From: an uncultured Collinsella sp.
GTDB lineage: Bacteria; Actinomycetota; Coriobacteriia; Coriobacteriales; Coriobacteriaceae
Direction of reading: 5' to 3'
NCBI GenBank assembly: GCA_905200715.1
Contig: CAJKLK010000007.1
Location: forward strand, 21,040-85,039
DNA length: 64,000 bases
The translations under genes were made by a program, and so were the position numbers. Shown piece by piece: positions 45,985-56,541 of the stretch. Position 1 is the first letter of the stretch, and the number at the start of each line of letters is the position of its first letter. A model generated the notes under the pieces. That model did no database searches. It was not told the origin of the DNA and saw nothing but the letters and a program-made list of their open reading frames with translations.

Positions 45985-46602
45985 ATGAACCGCTTCATCG
46001 ACATCAACCCGGAGAGGTGCATCGGCTGCGGAACATGCCAGTCCGCCTGTGCCGACGCCCACCGGATGCAGGGTCTTCAGGATACGCCGCGCCTGGCGCT
46101 CGTGAAGACCGGCGGTATTTCGGCCGCCCTTGCCTGCCACCATTGCGAGGGTGCCCCCTGCGCCGAGGTTTGCCCGGTGAATGCCATCGAGCACGATGGC
46201 GATCGCATCCACGTCAAGGAGCAGGAGTGCATCGGGTGCAGGCTGTGCGCCATCGCGTGCCCCTTCGGAGCCATCCATCCCGATGGCACGTCTATCGCCG
46301 GTGTCGCAGGCATGTGCGACCCGACGCCTTCGTATCCTAAGTCCCTGAGCAGCCTGCTTACGTGGGCTCCCGGCCAGTACACCTGCGCTGTCAAGTGCGA
46401 CCTGTGCGCCTTCGATCCGGACGGCCCTCATTGTGTGGCGGCGTGCCCCACCAAGGCGCTGACCGTCATGGGCGGCGCGGCCGATCGCGAGCTCGACGAG
46501 GCCAAGCGCCTGCGTTCGATCGAAAACGGTCCGGCCGTCGACGCTACCGCTGTGTCCCAGGGCCTGTCCGAGAAAGCAGAAGGGAGCGTAAACAATGGAT
46601 AG
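45985..46602 (+). CDS. hyfA: hydrogenase-4 / FHL 4Fe-4S ferredoxin subunit
   Basis: CIGCGTCQSAC, CHHCEGAPC, CIGCRLCAIAC and CDLC...CVAAC clusters. Confidence 0.85.
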   Translation: MNRFIDINPERCIGCGTCQSACADAHRMQGLQDTPRLALVKTGGISAALACHHCEGAPCAEVCPVNAIEHDGDRIHVKEQECIGCRLCAIACPFGAIHPDGTSIAGVAGMCDPTPSYPKSLSSLLTWAPGQYTCAVKCDLCAFDPDGPHCVAACPTKALTVMGGAADRELDEAKRLRSIENGPAVDATAVSQGLSEKAEGSVNNG

Positions 46603-48613
46603 CATGACGCTGTTTATCGCATCGCTTGCCGTCTCGTGCATCGGTGCGCTCGCCTCGGTTCTGCTGATCAAGGCCGATAACGCCGCCAAGACCGCCGGCT
46701 GCCTGATCGGCGCCGTTGCGGCCGTGCTGTCGTTCATCGCGGGCCTCGAGGCCGTGCTTGGCGACGTTTCGTCCCTCAACACGGTCTTCTTCTTCCCGTT
46801 CGCCCGTCTCGAGCTCTTGCTTAACGGCCTTGCGGGCCTGATCGTGGTCCTCATCTCGATCCTCGCCTTTGCGGGCTTCATCTACGGTCTGTCCTACTTC
46901 GACGAGTACCCGGGCAAGGTCGGGCGCGCCGGCTTCTTCATGAACACCTTCGTCGCCTCGATGATGCTCGTCATCACCGCCGACAACGTGTTCTGGTTCC
47001 TGGTCGCCTTTGAGCTCATGTCCCTCACGAGCTACTTCCTTGTCGTCATTGAGGAAAACAAGAACTCCATCAAGGGCGGTTGGCTCTACTTCGTCATCGC
47101 GCACGTGGGCTTCGTCCTCATCATGGCGAGCTTCCTGCTCATGACCAACGGCGTGGGCGGCTCCTTCAGCTTCAGTGATTTCCGTACGCATGACTTTGGA
47201 CCCGCCATCTCCTCCGTGTGCTTCGTCCTCGCGTTCTTCGGATTTGGCGCAAAGGCCGGTATCATCCCGCTGCACTCTTGGCTGCCCCAGGCGCACCCCG
47301 AGGCGCCGTCCAACGTGTCCGCCCTCATGTCCGGCGGCATGATCAAGATCGGCATCCTGGGAATCCTCAAGGTCGGTCTCGACCTGCTCGCGGGTTCGGG
47401 CGTCCAGCTCTGGTGGGGCCTCATGGTCCTGGTCTTCGGATCCATCTCGTCGGTCCTGGGTGTCGTCTACGCCCTCCACGAGCACGACATCAAGCGCCTG
47501 CTTGCCTATCACTCCGTCGAGAACATCGGCATCATCTTGCTCGGTGTCGGCGCGTCCATGACGGCGCACGCCCTGGGCAACGACGTCATCGCGACGATCG
47601 CGCTCATGGCCGCCCTCTACCACACGCTCAACCACGCCATGTTCAAGGGCGAGCTGTTCCTCGGCGCGGGCTCCCTGCTCTATGCCACGGGTACGCGCAA
47701 CATGGAGAAGATGGGCGGTCTGTTCCGCCGCATGCCGGTCACGGCCGTCTGCTTCCTCATCGGTGCCCTTGCCATCTCGGCCATCCCGCCGCTCAACGGC
47801 TTCGTTTCCGAGTGGTTCACCTACCAGTCCCTGTTCAACATCTCGACGCTCTCCGACCCGGTCGTCATGGTGTTCGCCGTCGCCTCCGCGGCCGCCCTCG
47901 CCATCACCGGTGCCCTGGCCGTCACGTGCTTCGTGAAGGCCTACGGCGTCTCGTTCGCGAGCAGCCCTCGTTCCCAGGAGGCCGCGAACGCCAAGGAGTC
48001 CCCGGCTCCGATGTTGTTCTCGCAGATGCTCCTCGCGGCCATCTGCGTGGTACTGGGAATCGGCTCCCCGGTCATCGCCCCGGTTCTGGGCGACGTCGCC
48101 CAGAGCGTGCTTGCCGGCTCCGCCGTCACAGCCACCTCGGGCGTGTCTCTCGTGAACGAGATTTCCGGTGCCGCCACCTCCACCCCCGCGATCGCCATCG
48201 CGCTCGTGGTCCTCACCGGCCTCGCGTTCGCGTTGAGGTCCTGCCTCGGCGCCAAGGCCCCCGCTAAGAAGACCGACCCTTGGGCGTGCGGCTACGAGCC
48301 CAACGAGCACATGCCCGTCGTCGCCACGAGCTTCGCGTCCGACGTCGAACTCTTCATGGGCCCGCTCTACACCCTGCGCGAGGTATGCACCAAGATCTGC
48401 TGGTCCATCGCGCACGTGTTCCAGAAGCTCACCGGTGTCGCCCAGGGCGTCGAGCCCCTGCCCGACCGTTTCCTGGTCGATGCACCGAGCGAGGGTGCCG
48501 ACAAGCTGGCCGGCCTCGCCTCCAAGATCGAGGGCGGCAACTACTCCGTATACATCTGCTACATCGTCGCGGCGCTCGTGGTCTTCCTCGTGCTCGCCGT
48601 GGTCATGGTCTAG
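46595..48613 (+). CDS. hyfB: hydrogenase-4 membrane subunit B (NuoL-like)
   Basis: 672 aa polytopic antiporter-like protein, the same length as E. coli HyfB as I recall. Overlaps the hyfA stop. Confidence 0.9.
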   Translation: MDSMTLFIASLAVSCIGALASVLLIKADNAAKTAGCLIGAVAAVLSFIAGLEAVLGDVSSLNTVFFFPFARLELLLNGLAGLIVVLISILAFAGFIYGLSYFDEYPGKVGRAGFFMNTFVASMMLVITADNVFWFLVAFELMSLTSYFLVVIEENKNSIKGGWLYFVIAHVGFVLIMASFLLMTNGVGGSFSFSDFRTHDFGPAISSVCFVLAFFGFGAKAGIIPLHSWLPQAHPEAPSNVSALMSGGMIKIGILGILKVGLDLLAGSGVQLWWGLMVLVFGSISSVLGVVYALHEHDIKRLLAYHSVENIGIILLGVGASMTAHALGNDVIATIALMAALYHTLNHAMFKGELFLGAGSLLYATGTRNMEKMGGLFRRMPVTAVCFLIGALAISAIPPLNGFVSEWFTYQSLFNISTLSDPVVMVFAVASAAALAITGALAVTCFVKAYGVSFASSPRSQEAANAKESPAPMLFSQMLLAAICVVLGIGSPVIAPVLGDVAQSVLAGSAVTATSGVSLVNEISGAATSTPAIAIALVVLTGLAFALRSCLGAKAPAKKTDPWACGYEPNEHMPVVATSFASDVELFMGPLYTLREVCTKICWSIAHVFQKLTGVAQGVEPLPDRFLVDAPSEGADKLAGLASKIEGGNYSVYICYIVAALVVFLVLAVVMV

Positions 48614-48630
48614 AGAGGGGAGAGGATATT

Positions 48631-49554
48631 ATGAACATCGTTCTTGCGATGGCGCAGGGCCTCGTGGTCATGCTGGTCGCGCCCTTCTTCTCCGGCCTCG
48701 CCCGTGTGATTCGCGCGAAGATGCACAATCGCCGCGGTCCGTCCATCCTTCAGGATTACCGGGACCTCGCGAAGCTCATGGCGCGTCCCGAGTCCGTGAG
48801 TTCCGACTCGAGCTTCGTGCTGCGCATCATGCCGCCGCTGTTCCTCGCGGTGTCGTTTATGCTCGCCATGGGCCTGCCCATGTTCACGCTCCAGAGCCCC
48901 ATGCCCGTCTTTGGTGACGCCATCACCATCATGTACGCGCTCGCGCTGTCCCGCTTCTTCTTCGCGCTGTCCGGCGTGGATTCCTCCAACGCCTACGCGG
49001 GCTTCGGCGGTATCCGCGAGCTCCTCATGAGCGTGCTCATCGAGCCGTCCATGCTCATCGCGCTGTTCACCGTCGCCATCGTGTGCGGCTCCACGGACAT
49101 TGCGACCATGGGTCAGCACATCGTTACGGGCAACGTCTCGAGCGTCGTCGCCGTTATCCTCGCCGGCGTCGCCTTCGCGGCCGCCTGTTACATGGAGCTC
49201 GGCAAGCTTCCGTTCGATCAGGCCGAAGCCGAGCAGGAGCTCCAGGAGGGCCCGCTCGCCGAGCTCTCCGGCCCGTCCCTGGCCATGATGAAGCTCGCCA
49301 TGGGCATGAAGCAGGTCGTGGTCGTCGCTTGGTTCACCTCCATCTTCATCCCCTGGGGAGAGCCCGCGACCATCGGCGTCACCGCTCTCATGGGCGCCGT
49401 CGTCTTCCTCGTCAAGTGCCTGGTCGATTTCGTCGTCTGCGGCGTGCTCGAGAACTCCGTTTCCCGTTCGCGCTTCAAGGTGCTCGGTAACCAGACCTGG
49501 GCCGTCGTCGGCATCGCGGTCCTCGCGTTCGTCTTCGTCGTCGTAGGCGTGTAG
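48631..49554 (+). CDS. hyfC: hydrogenase-4 membrane subunit C (NuoH/HycD-like)
   Basis: LVAPFFSGLARVIRAKMHNRRGPSILQDYRDL N-terminus typical of HycD/HyfC. ATG 48631 behind GGGGAGAGG. Confidence 0.9.
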   Translation: MNIVLAMAQGLVVMLVAPFFSGLARVIRAKMHNRRGPSILQDYRDLAKLMARPESVSSDSSFVLRIMPPLFLAVSFMLAMGLPMFTLQSPMPVFGDAITIMYALALSRFFFALSGVDSSNAYAGFGGIRELLMSVLIEPSMLIALFTVAIVCGSTDIATMGQHIVTGNVSSVVAVILAGVAFAAACYMELGKLPFDQAEAEQELQEGPLAELSGPSLAMMKLAMGMKQVVVVAWFTSIFIPWGEPATIGVTALMGAVVFLVKCLVDFVVCGVLENSVSRSRFKVLGNQTWAVVGIAVLAFVFVVVGV

Positions 49555-49570
49555 GGAGAAGGGAGAAACT

Positions 49571-51028
49571 ATGTCAATCGAATCGAGCTTGTCCCTCTTT
49601 GCCATGGTGGCGATCGCCGTCCCCATGCTGGGCTCCCTGCTCATCGTCATGCTGCCGCGTCCCTACGCTAAATGGATCTGCGCCTTTGCCGGCGGCATCG
49701 CCACGGTCGCTTCCGTTGGCTTGGCCGCGACGTTTGCCGGAAACGGCATGAACGCGGTCGATGTAACCTGGGCGAGTATGGGCCAGACCTTGGTCATGGG
49801 CTTCATATTCGACCGGATGAGCACGCTGCTCGCACCCGCGTTCGTCGCTATCGGCCTGCTCGTCGTCATCTATTCGTTCCCGTACATGAGCGATAAGAAT
49901 AAGGAGCATCCCGACGCGCCCCGTCGTCGCTTCTACGTGTACTTCTCCACGTTCATCGGCGCCATGGCCGGTCTCGCCTACAGCTCCACCATCGTCGGCC
50001 AGCTCGTTTTCTTCGAGATCACCGGTGTGTGCTCCTGGGGCCTCATCAGCTACTACATGACGCCCACGGCCAAGAAGGCCGGTATGAAGGCGCTCATCAT
50101 CACCCATATCGGCGCTCTGGGACTCTACATCGGCGCGGCCTTCCTGTTCGCCGGAACCGGCACGTTCGCGCTGAGCGCGATCTCCCAGCTCGATTCCGGT
50201 ATGAAGACCGTCGTGCTGCTGCTCATCCTGTTCGCTGCTTGGGCCAAGTCCGCCCAGTTCCCGCTCTACATGTGGCTGCCCTCCGCAATGGAGGCCCCCA
50301 CGCCCGTTTCCGCCTACCTTCATGGCGCGTCCATGGTTAAGGTCGGCGTGTGCGTGTTCGCCCGCGCTCTTGCGAGCGCCGGCGATATCCCCGAGATCGT
50401 CGGTTGGGTCGCCATCATCGACGCCGTCGTGACCATGCTCTTCGGCTTCCTCATGTACCTGCCCCAGAAGGATATGAAGCGCCTGCTCGCCTTCTCGACG
50501 ATCGCGCAGCTCGCCTACGTGTTCTTTGGCCTGGGCCTCTCCGTGTTCGGAAGCCAGATGGCGTTTAACGGCGCCGTCGAGCACATCTTCAACCACGCGT
50601 TCACCAAGACCCTGTTCTTCCTCATCGCTGGCTCTCTCAGCTTCACGCTGGGAACCCGTATGCTGCCCAAGATCCAGGGCCTCATGAAGAAGTACCCGGT
50701 CACGGGCGTGGGCTTTGCGGTCGCCGCGACCGCTATCGCCGGCGTGCCCCCCATGAGCACGTTCTTTTCCAAGTTCCAGATCATTTCCGGTGGCTTCGCG
50801 GTTGGTGCTACCAACACGGTCATCTTTGTCCTCGTGTGCGTCATGGTCGTCGAGACCGTCGCCACCTTCGCATGGTTCCTGCGTTGGATGGGTAAGGTCC
50901 TGCCCGGTGAGCCGAGCGAGACCGTGGCCGCCGGCCAGCCCCTTCCGCGCGCCATGGCGTTCGTGTTCGTCGTCCTCATGATCATGGTCGTCGTCGCCGG
51001 TCCTCTGTCCTCTAGTTGGATGGGTTAG
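49571..51028 (+). CDS. hyfD: hydrogenase-4 membrane subunit D (NuoM/N-like)
   Basis: 485 aa antiporter-like subunit in the conserved hyf position. Confidence 0.85.
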   Translation: MSIESSLSLFAMVAIAVPMLGSLLIVMLPRPYAKWICAFAGGIATVASVGLAATFAGNGMNAVDVTWASMGQTLVMGFIFDRMSTLLAPAFVAIGLLVVIYSFPYMSDKNKEHPDAPRRRFYVYFSTFIGAMAGLAYSSTIVGQLVFFEITGVCSWGLISYYMTPTAKKAGMKALIITHIGALGLYIGAAFLFAGTGTFALSAISQLDSGMKTVVLLLILFAAWAKSAQFPLYMWLPSAMEAPTPVSAYLHGASMVKVGVCVFARALASAGDIPEIVGWVAIIDAVVTMLFGFLMYLPQKDMKRLLAFSTIAQLAYVFFGLGLSVFGSQMAFNGAVEHIFNHAFTKTLFFLIAGSLSFTLGTRMLPKIQGLMKKYPVTGVGFAVAATAIAGVPPMSTFFSKFQIISGGFAVGATNTVIFVLVCVMVVETVATFAWFLRWMGKVLPGEPSETVAAGQPLPRAMAFVFVVLMIMVVVAGPLSSSWMG

Positions 51029-51038
51029 GAGGTAGGAC

Positions 51039-51692
51039 ATGGGTTATTCGTTAGTCAATATCCTGGGCGGTCTTCTGATCGTGACCTCCACCATGGTGGT
51101 CGTCTCGAAGACCATCCCGTCCGCCATCAAGTGGTACGCGATCCAGTCGGTTGTCCTGGTGGGCGTGCTGCTCACCCTGGGCCTCACCACCGGTGCCACC
51201 GAGCTTCTCATGTGGGCCGCGTCGGCCTTCGTCACCAAGGTGATCCTCGTTCCGTTCATTCTCAACCGTGCCTACAAGAAGATGGGTTCGCCTGCCGATA
51301 GCACGCTGACCTCCTCCATCAAGCCGGCCTGGACCATCATCCTCACCGGTCTGGAGGTGGCCGTCTGCTTCGCGGTGGTCACGCGCCTGAGCCTGCCCAC
51401 CGCCGAGGTGGCCACTCCGGCCCTCGCCATCAGCTTCGCGCACTTCTTCGTCGGCCTCACGTGCATCATCTCCCAGCGCAACATCCTCAAGCAGATCTTC
51501 GGGTACTGCCTTATGGAGAACGGTAGCCACGTGACGCTCGCTCTGCTCGCGCCCACGGCCCCCGAGATCATCGAGATCGGCATCGCCACCGACGCCATCT
51601 TCGCCGTCATCATCATGTCCGCCGTCGTCGTGAGGATTTGGAACGACACCAAGTCGCTCGACTCCCACGACCTGACCGAATTGAAGGGGTAG
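51039..51692 (+). CDS. hyfE: hydrogenase-4 membrane subunit E
   Basis: 217 aa polytopic protein. Position and size match HyfE. Confidence 0.85.
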   Translation: MGYSLVNILGGLLIVTSTMVVVSKTIPSAIKWYAIQSVVLVGVLLTLGLTTGATELLMWAASAFVTKVILVPFILNRAYKKMGSPADSTLTSSIKPAWTIILTGLEVAVCFAVVTRLSLPTAEVATPALAISFAHFFVGLTCIISQRNILKQIFGYCLMENGSHVTLALLAPTAPEIIEIGIATDAIFAVIIMSAVVVRIWNDTKSLDSHDLTELKG

Positions 51693-51695
51693 GCC

Positions 51696-53261
51696 ATGGA
51701 TGTTTCAATGCTGACGGTCGCCCTGCTCGCTTGTCCTCTCGTGTTCTCCCTGATTATGGCTGCGCTCCCCAAGACGACGTCCTACAACGTCTTCGCGGGG
51801 CTCAACACCATCTCCGTCGCGGCGACCCTTGTCCTTTCGGTCGTCACCGCGGGAACCATGCTCTCGAGCGGGCAGAATATCGACGCTTTGGGCCTGTGGC
51901 TCCATCTCGATTCGCTCTCGTCGATCTTCGTCCTTCTGGTAGGCATCATCGGGTTCATCACCGGCGTGTACTCCATCTCCTATATCAAGATCGATATCGA
52001 GGAGAAGACCATGCCGTCCGAGCGCACCAAGCAGTACTACGCGCTGTTCAGCCTGTTCGTCTTCACGATGCTGCTCGCCTGCCTGTCCAACAACATCATC
52101 CTCACCTGGGCGGCGGTCGAGGCCACTACGCTGTCGACCGTGTTCCTCGTGGGCATCTACAAGAACAAGCAGGCGCTCGAGGCGTCTTGGAAGTACGCGA
52201 TGGTCTGCACCGCCGGTGTGGCCTTCGGCCTGTTCGGCACGCTGCTCATCTACGCGAACGCCGCCGATATCATGCCCAACGCGCATGAGGCCGCCTTCCT
52301 CACCTCCATCATGCCCTACGCCGACCAGTTCGACCCGATGCTCGTGCGCCTCGCGTTCGCGTTCATCGTCATCGGCTTCGGCACCAAGGCGGGCCTGTTC
52401 CCCATGCACACCTGGCTGCCCGACGCGCACTCCCAGGCTCCGAGCCCGGTCTCCGCGCTGCTCTCGGGCGTGCTGCTCAAGTGCGCCATGCTGGTGATCA
52501 TCCGCTTCTACTCCCTGTCCATCATCACGGTGGGCGACACCTATCCGCGAACGCTCCTGCTCATCCTGGGCACGCTGTCCATCCTGGTGGCTGCCCTGTG
52601 CATCTTCAAGCAGGACGATATCAAGCGCCGCTTCGCGTACTCCTCCGTCGACAACGTCGGCGTGGTCGCGCTGTGCCTGGGTATCGGTGGCCCGCTCGGT
52701 ATCGCCGCCTGCCTGCTGCACTGCATCTTCCACGGCTTCACGAAGGCGCTCGCCTTCTGCATGGCCGGTAACATCCAGCACATCTACCACACCCGCGACC
52801 TGAACAAGATCAAGGGCGTCGTCGAGATCGCTCCCGTCACGGCAGCGCTCACCATCATCGCCCTGCTCGCGCTCGCCGCCTTCCCGCCGTTCGCCCTGTT
52901 CATCTCCGAGTTCCTCACCTTCGTGGCCGGCGTTCAGTCCGGTCCCATCTGGGTGGTCGTGCTCGTGGCCATCGGCCTCACCGGCGTGTACTTCGCCCTT
53001 ACCGGCATCGCGCTCAAGTCCATCTTCGGCAAGGCGCCCGAGGGCATGAAGCGCCACGAGGTGCCCGCCCTCATGATCATCCCCGAGATCGCCCTCGCGA
53101 TCGTGGTCATGTGGTTCGGTATCGCCACCCCGGTCGCCATCACGAGCGGCGTCGAGGATGCAACGTCCGTCGTTTTGAACCAGAGCGTCGAAGAGCTCCA
53201 CGAGGCCCCTCTCTACCGCATGGTGTTCAGTTCCCAGACCAAGACAAGTGAGGTGAATTAG
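51696..53261 (+). CDS. hyfF: hydrogenase-4 membrane subunit F (NuoN-like)
   Basis: 521 aa antiporter-like subunit. Confidence 0.85.
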   Translation: MDVSMLTVALLACPLVFSLIMAALPKTTSYNVFAGLNTISVAATLVLSVVTAGTMLSSGQNIDALGLWLHLDSLSSIFVLLVGIIGFITGVYSISYIKIDIEEKTMPSERTKQYYALFSLFVFTMLLACLSNNIILTWAAVEATTLSTVFLVGIYKNKQALEASWKYAMVCTAGVAFGLFGTLLIYANAADIMPNAHEAAFLTSIMPYADQFDPMLVRLAFAFIVIGFGTKAGLFPMHTWLPDAHSQAPSPVSALLSGVLLKCAMLVIIRFYSLSIITVGDTYPRTLLLILGTLSILVAALCIFKQDDIKRRFAYSSVDNVGVVALCLGIGGPLGIAACLLHCIFHGFTKALAFCMAGNIQHIYHTRDLNKIKGVVEIAPVTAALTIIALLALAAFPPFALFISEFLTFVAGVQSGPIWVVVLVAIGLTGVYFALTGIALKSIFGKAPEGMKRHEVPALMIIPEIALAIVVMWFGIATPVAITSGVEDATSVVLNQSVEELHEAPLYRMVFSSQTKTSEVN

Positions 53262-53265
53262 CACC

Positions 53266-55038
53266 ATGGCAGAACCTGAAAAGAAGGACTACGCTCGTCG
53301 CTGCGAAAGCCACGTCGAGGCCCTGCGCGCTGCAGTGCCGGGCGCTATCGAGAAGGTCGAATGGCAGTGCGAGGACCAGCTGACGATCACCGTCAAGCTG
53401 GACCGTCTGCCCGAGGCCGTCCACTACCTGTACTACGAGCGCTACGGCTGGATTCCCGTGATCATCGGCAACGATGAGCGCAGCCTGTGCGGCCGTTACG
53501 CCGTGTATTATGTCATCTCCATGGAGGGGGAGGACCCCGGCTGGGTGACCGTGCGCACCGAGGTCGATCCCGCCAAGATGACGTTCCCGTCCGTGACGCC
53601 GTTCGTCCCCGCCTGCGTGTGGGGCGAGCGCGAGCTGCGCGACATGTTCGGCCTGATCCCCGAGGGTCTGCCCGACCGTCGCCGCCTGGTGCTGCCCGAC
53701 GATTGGCCCAGCGGCCTGTACCCGCTGCGCAAGGACTCCATGGACTACCGCTTCCGTCCCGCTCCCGCGAGCGACATGGAAAACTACGAGTTCTTGGCCG
53801 ACACCAAGGGCAAGGAGACCACGCTCGTTCCCATGGGACCGCTGCACATTACCTCCGACGAACCCGGCCACTTCCGCCTGTTCGTCGAGGGCGAGACGAT
53901 CGTCGACGCCGACTACCGTCTGTTCTACGTGCACCGCGGCATGGAGAAGGTCGCCGAGACGCGCCTGAACTATGACGCCGTGACGTTCCTCGCCGACCGC
54001 ATCTGCGGCATCTGCGGCTGCGCCCACTCGGTGGCCTACGCCGAGGCCGTCGAGCGCGCCCAGGGCATCCATGTCCCGCCGCGCGCCCAGTACATCCGCG
54101 CCATCATGCTCGAGGTCGAGCGCCTGCACTCGCATCTGCTTAACATTGGCCTGGCGTCGCACTACACGGGCTTCGACTCCGGCTTCCAACAGTTCTTCCG
54201 CGTCCGCGAGAAGTCCATGGACCTGGCCGAGAAGCTCTCCGGTCACCGCAAGACCTACGGCCTCAACGTGATCGGCGGTGTGCGTCGCGACATTTTGGCC
54301 GAGCAGAAGCTCTCCACGCTCACGACCATCCACCAGCTGCGCTCCGAGGTTCAGGAGCTCGTCGACATCTTGCTCTCCACGCCCAACTTTATTGAGCGTA
54401 CGAGCGGTATCGGCATCTTGGACCGCAAGATCGCACGCGACTTCTCGCCGGTCGGCCCGCTCATGCGTGGCTCGGGCTATGCCCGCGACGTGCGCTTTGA
54501 CCATCCCTTCGACGGCTACGCCGATCCGGACGTCCAAAAGATGCATGCCGCTACGGCCGACACCTGCGATGCCTTCGGCCGTACCGCCGTTCGCATCCAG
54601 GAGGTCTACGATTCGATCGACATGATCGAGACCATGCTCGAGAACTGCCCGTCGGGCCCCATCCTCACCACGGATTGGGAGTACACCCCGCACAAGTACG
54701 CCATCGGCGCCACCGAGGCGCCGCGCGGCGAGGACGTGCACTGGGCCATGCTCGGCAATAACCAGAAGTGCTACCGCTGGCGCGCCAAGGCCGCCACGTA
54801 CAGCAACTGGCCGGTCCTGCGCTACATGTTCCGCGGCAACACCGTGGGCGACGCGGCGCTGATCGTCGGCTCGCTCGACCCGTGCTACTCCTGCACCGAC
54901 CGTGTGACGGTGACCGATGTCGCCGCCAAGCGCGATCACGTGCTCGACAAGGAGCAGTTCGAGAACGTCTGGCGCGACAAGTCGCCGCTTGCGGGCGAGG
55001 GCACCATAGCCGCTCCGCTCGATGAGGAGGCGCTCTAA
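53266..55038 (+). CDS. hyfG: [NiFe] hydrogenase large subunit (NuoC-NuoD fusion type, HycE/HyfG)
   Basis: RICGICGCAHS N-terminal and DPCYSCTDR C-terminal Ni-binding Cys pairs. Confidence 0.95.
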   Translation: MAEPEKKDYARRCESHVEALRAAVPGAIEKVEWQCEDQLTITVKLDRLPEAVHYLYYERYGWIPVIIGNDERSLCGRYAVYYVISMEGEDPGWVTVRTEVDPAKMTFPSVTPFVPACVWGERELRDMFGLIPEGLPDRRRLVLPDDWPSGLYPLRKDSMDYRFRPAPASDMENYEFLADTKGKETTLVPMGPLHITSDEPGHFRLFVEGETIVDADYRLFYVHRGMEKVAETRLNYDAVTFLADRICGICGCAHSVAYAEAVERAQGIHVPPRAQYIRAIMLEVERLHSHLLNIGLASHYTGFDSGFQQFFRVREKSMDLAEKLSGHRKTYGLNVIGGVRRDILAEQKLSTLTTIHQLRSEVQELVDILLSTPNFIERTSGIGILDRKIARDFSPVGPLMRGSGYARDVRFDHPFDGYADPDVQKMHAATADTCDAFGRTAVRIQEVYDSIDMIETMLENCPSGPILTTDWEYTPHKYAIGATEAPRGEDVHWAMLGNNQKCYRWRAKAATYSNWPVLRYMFRGNTVGDAALIVGSLDPCYSCTDRVTVTDVAAKRDHVLDKEQFENVWRDKSPLAGEGTIAAPLDEEAL

Positions 55039-55039
55039 T

Positions 55040-55756
55040 ATGCTGAAGCTTTGGAAGGTTAACGCCAAGGCCGGCGACGCGACGGTCAAGTACCCGTTTG
55101 CGCCGTTTCCCACCAACAAGGACATGCGCGGCAAGCCCGAGCACAACGCCGAGCTCTGCATCGCCTGCGGTGCCTGCGGCGTGGCGTGCCCGGCCGATGC
55201 CATTCGCATGGACACCGACCTTGCGGCCGATACCATCACCTGGTCGATCGACTACGGTCGCTGCATCTTCTGCGGCCGTTGCGAGGAAGCCTGCCCCATG
55301 GAGGCCATCAAGCTCACCGAGGAGTTTGAGCTGGCCGTCATGAGCAAGGACGACCTTACCAGCAAGAGCGTCTACACGCTCGAGCACTGCTCGCGTTGCG
55401 GCAAGCCGTTTGCCCCGCACAAGGAGATCGACTACGCCAAGCGCCTGCTGCAAAAGGCCGGCGGCATGGAGGCCGAGCAGGCCGCCCGTACCGTCGGTAT
55501 GTGCCAGGAGTGCAAGCGCGAGCTCGACACCCTGCGCGCCGCCTCGGCCGTAAAGACCGGCAACGCGCGCGGCATGGCTGCCAACGAGACGCTTGCGTCC
55601 GGCGAGCCCCAGGGCCCCGGCATGGAGTATCTGGGCGGCCACGGCGTGAACCCCGAGTATGTCGACCGCAAGCTCAACCCCGATGCGCCCGAGATTCCCG
55701 CCGGTCCTGCGCCGGTCGAGGGCATCATCATGGATTTTGATACGAAGGAGGAGTAA
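55040..55756 (+). CDS. hyfH: FHL 4Fe-4S subunit (HycF/HyfH, NuoI-like) with a C-terminal tail of about 60 aa
   Basis: CIACGACGVACP and CIFCGRCEEACP clusters, plus CSRCG...CQEC as in HycF. Confidence 0.9.
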   Translation: MLKLWKVNAKAGDATVKYPFAPFPTNKDMRGKPEHNAELCIACGACGVACPADAIRMDTDLAADTITWSIDYGRCIFCGRCEEACPMEAIKLTEEFELAVMSKDDLTSKSVYTLEHCSRCGKPFAPHKEIDYAKRLLQKAGGMEAEQAARTVGMCQECKRELDTLRAASAVKTGNARGMAANETLASGEPQGPGMEYLGGHGVNPEYVDRKLNPDAPEIPAGPAPVEGIIMDFDTKEE

Positions 55757-55758
55757 CC

Positions 55759-56541
55759 ATGGCCGAACCCACGCTTTTGCCCGAGCGGCTCCAGTACCGC
55801 CCGACCAAGATCGAGCTCGACGAGAGCATCGAGAAGGCCAAGGCGACCCTTCTTAAGAAGATCAAGCGCTCGGTGTACGTCTACCGTGTTGACTGCGGCG
55901 GCTGCAACGGCTGCGAGATCGAGATCTTCGGTTCCATCACGCCCGTCTTCGACGTCGAGCGCTTTGGCATCAAGGTCGTGCCCTCGCCCCGTCACGCCGA
56001 CGTGCTGCTGTACACCGGTGCCGTGACGCGTGCCATGCGCATGCCGGCCCTGCGCGCCTTTGAGGCCGCGCCCGATCCCAAGATCGTGGTGTCCTATGGC
56101 GCGTGCGGCTGCACCGGTGGCATCTTCTACGACAACTACTGCGTCTGGGGCGGCACGGACAAGATCCTGCCGGTCGATGTCTACATCCCCGGCTGCCCGC
56201 CCAGCCCCGCGCAGACCGTCTACGGCTTTGCCATGGCGCTTGGTCTGCTGGACCAAAAGCTCCATGCCGAGACCACGGTGGAGGCCGCCGGCGAGCAGGC
56301 CGATATCCTGCACCCCGGCGTGCCGTACAAGCTGCGCGTTGCCATCGAGCGCGAGGCTCGCGCCATGAGCGGCTACCGTTACGGCCGCGACCTGGCCAAC
56401 GAGTTTATGGATACGCTCGAGGGCGCACCCAAGGGCGATATCCGCGGTGCCATGGCGCTGCTCATCGACAAGCAAGATGATCCTCGCCGCGTTGAGGTCT
56501 ACTCGGCGCTGCAGGATCTGGTGCTGGCCGGAGGTCGCTAG
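55759..56541 (+). CDS. hyfI: [NiFe] hydrogenase small subunit (HycG/HyfI, NuoB-like)
   Basis: CGGCNGCEIE, GACGCTGG and IPGCPP Cys motifs. Confidence 0.9.
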   Translation: MAEPTLLPERLQYRPTKIELDESIEKAKATLLKKIKRSVYVYRVDCGGCNGCEIEIFGSITPVFDVERFGIKVVPSPRHADVLLYTGAVTRAMRMPALRAFEAAPDPKIVVSYGACGCTGGIFYDNYCVWGGTDKILPVDVYIPGCPPSPAQTVYGFAMALGLLDQKLHAETTVEAAGEQADILHPGVPYKLRVAIEREARAMSGYRYGRDLANEFMDTLEGAPKGDIRGAMALLIDKQDDPRRVEVYSALQDLVLAGGR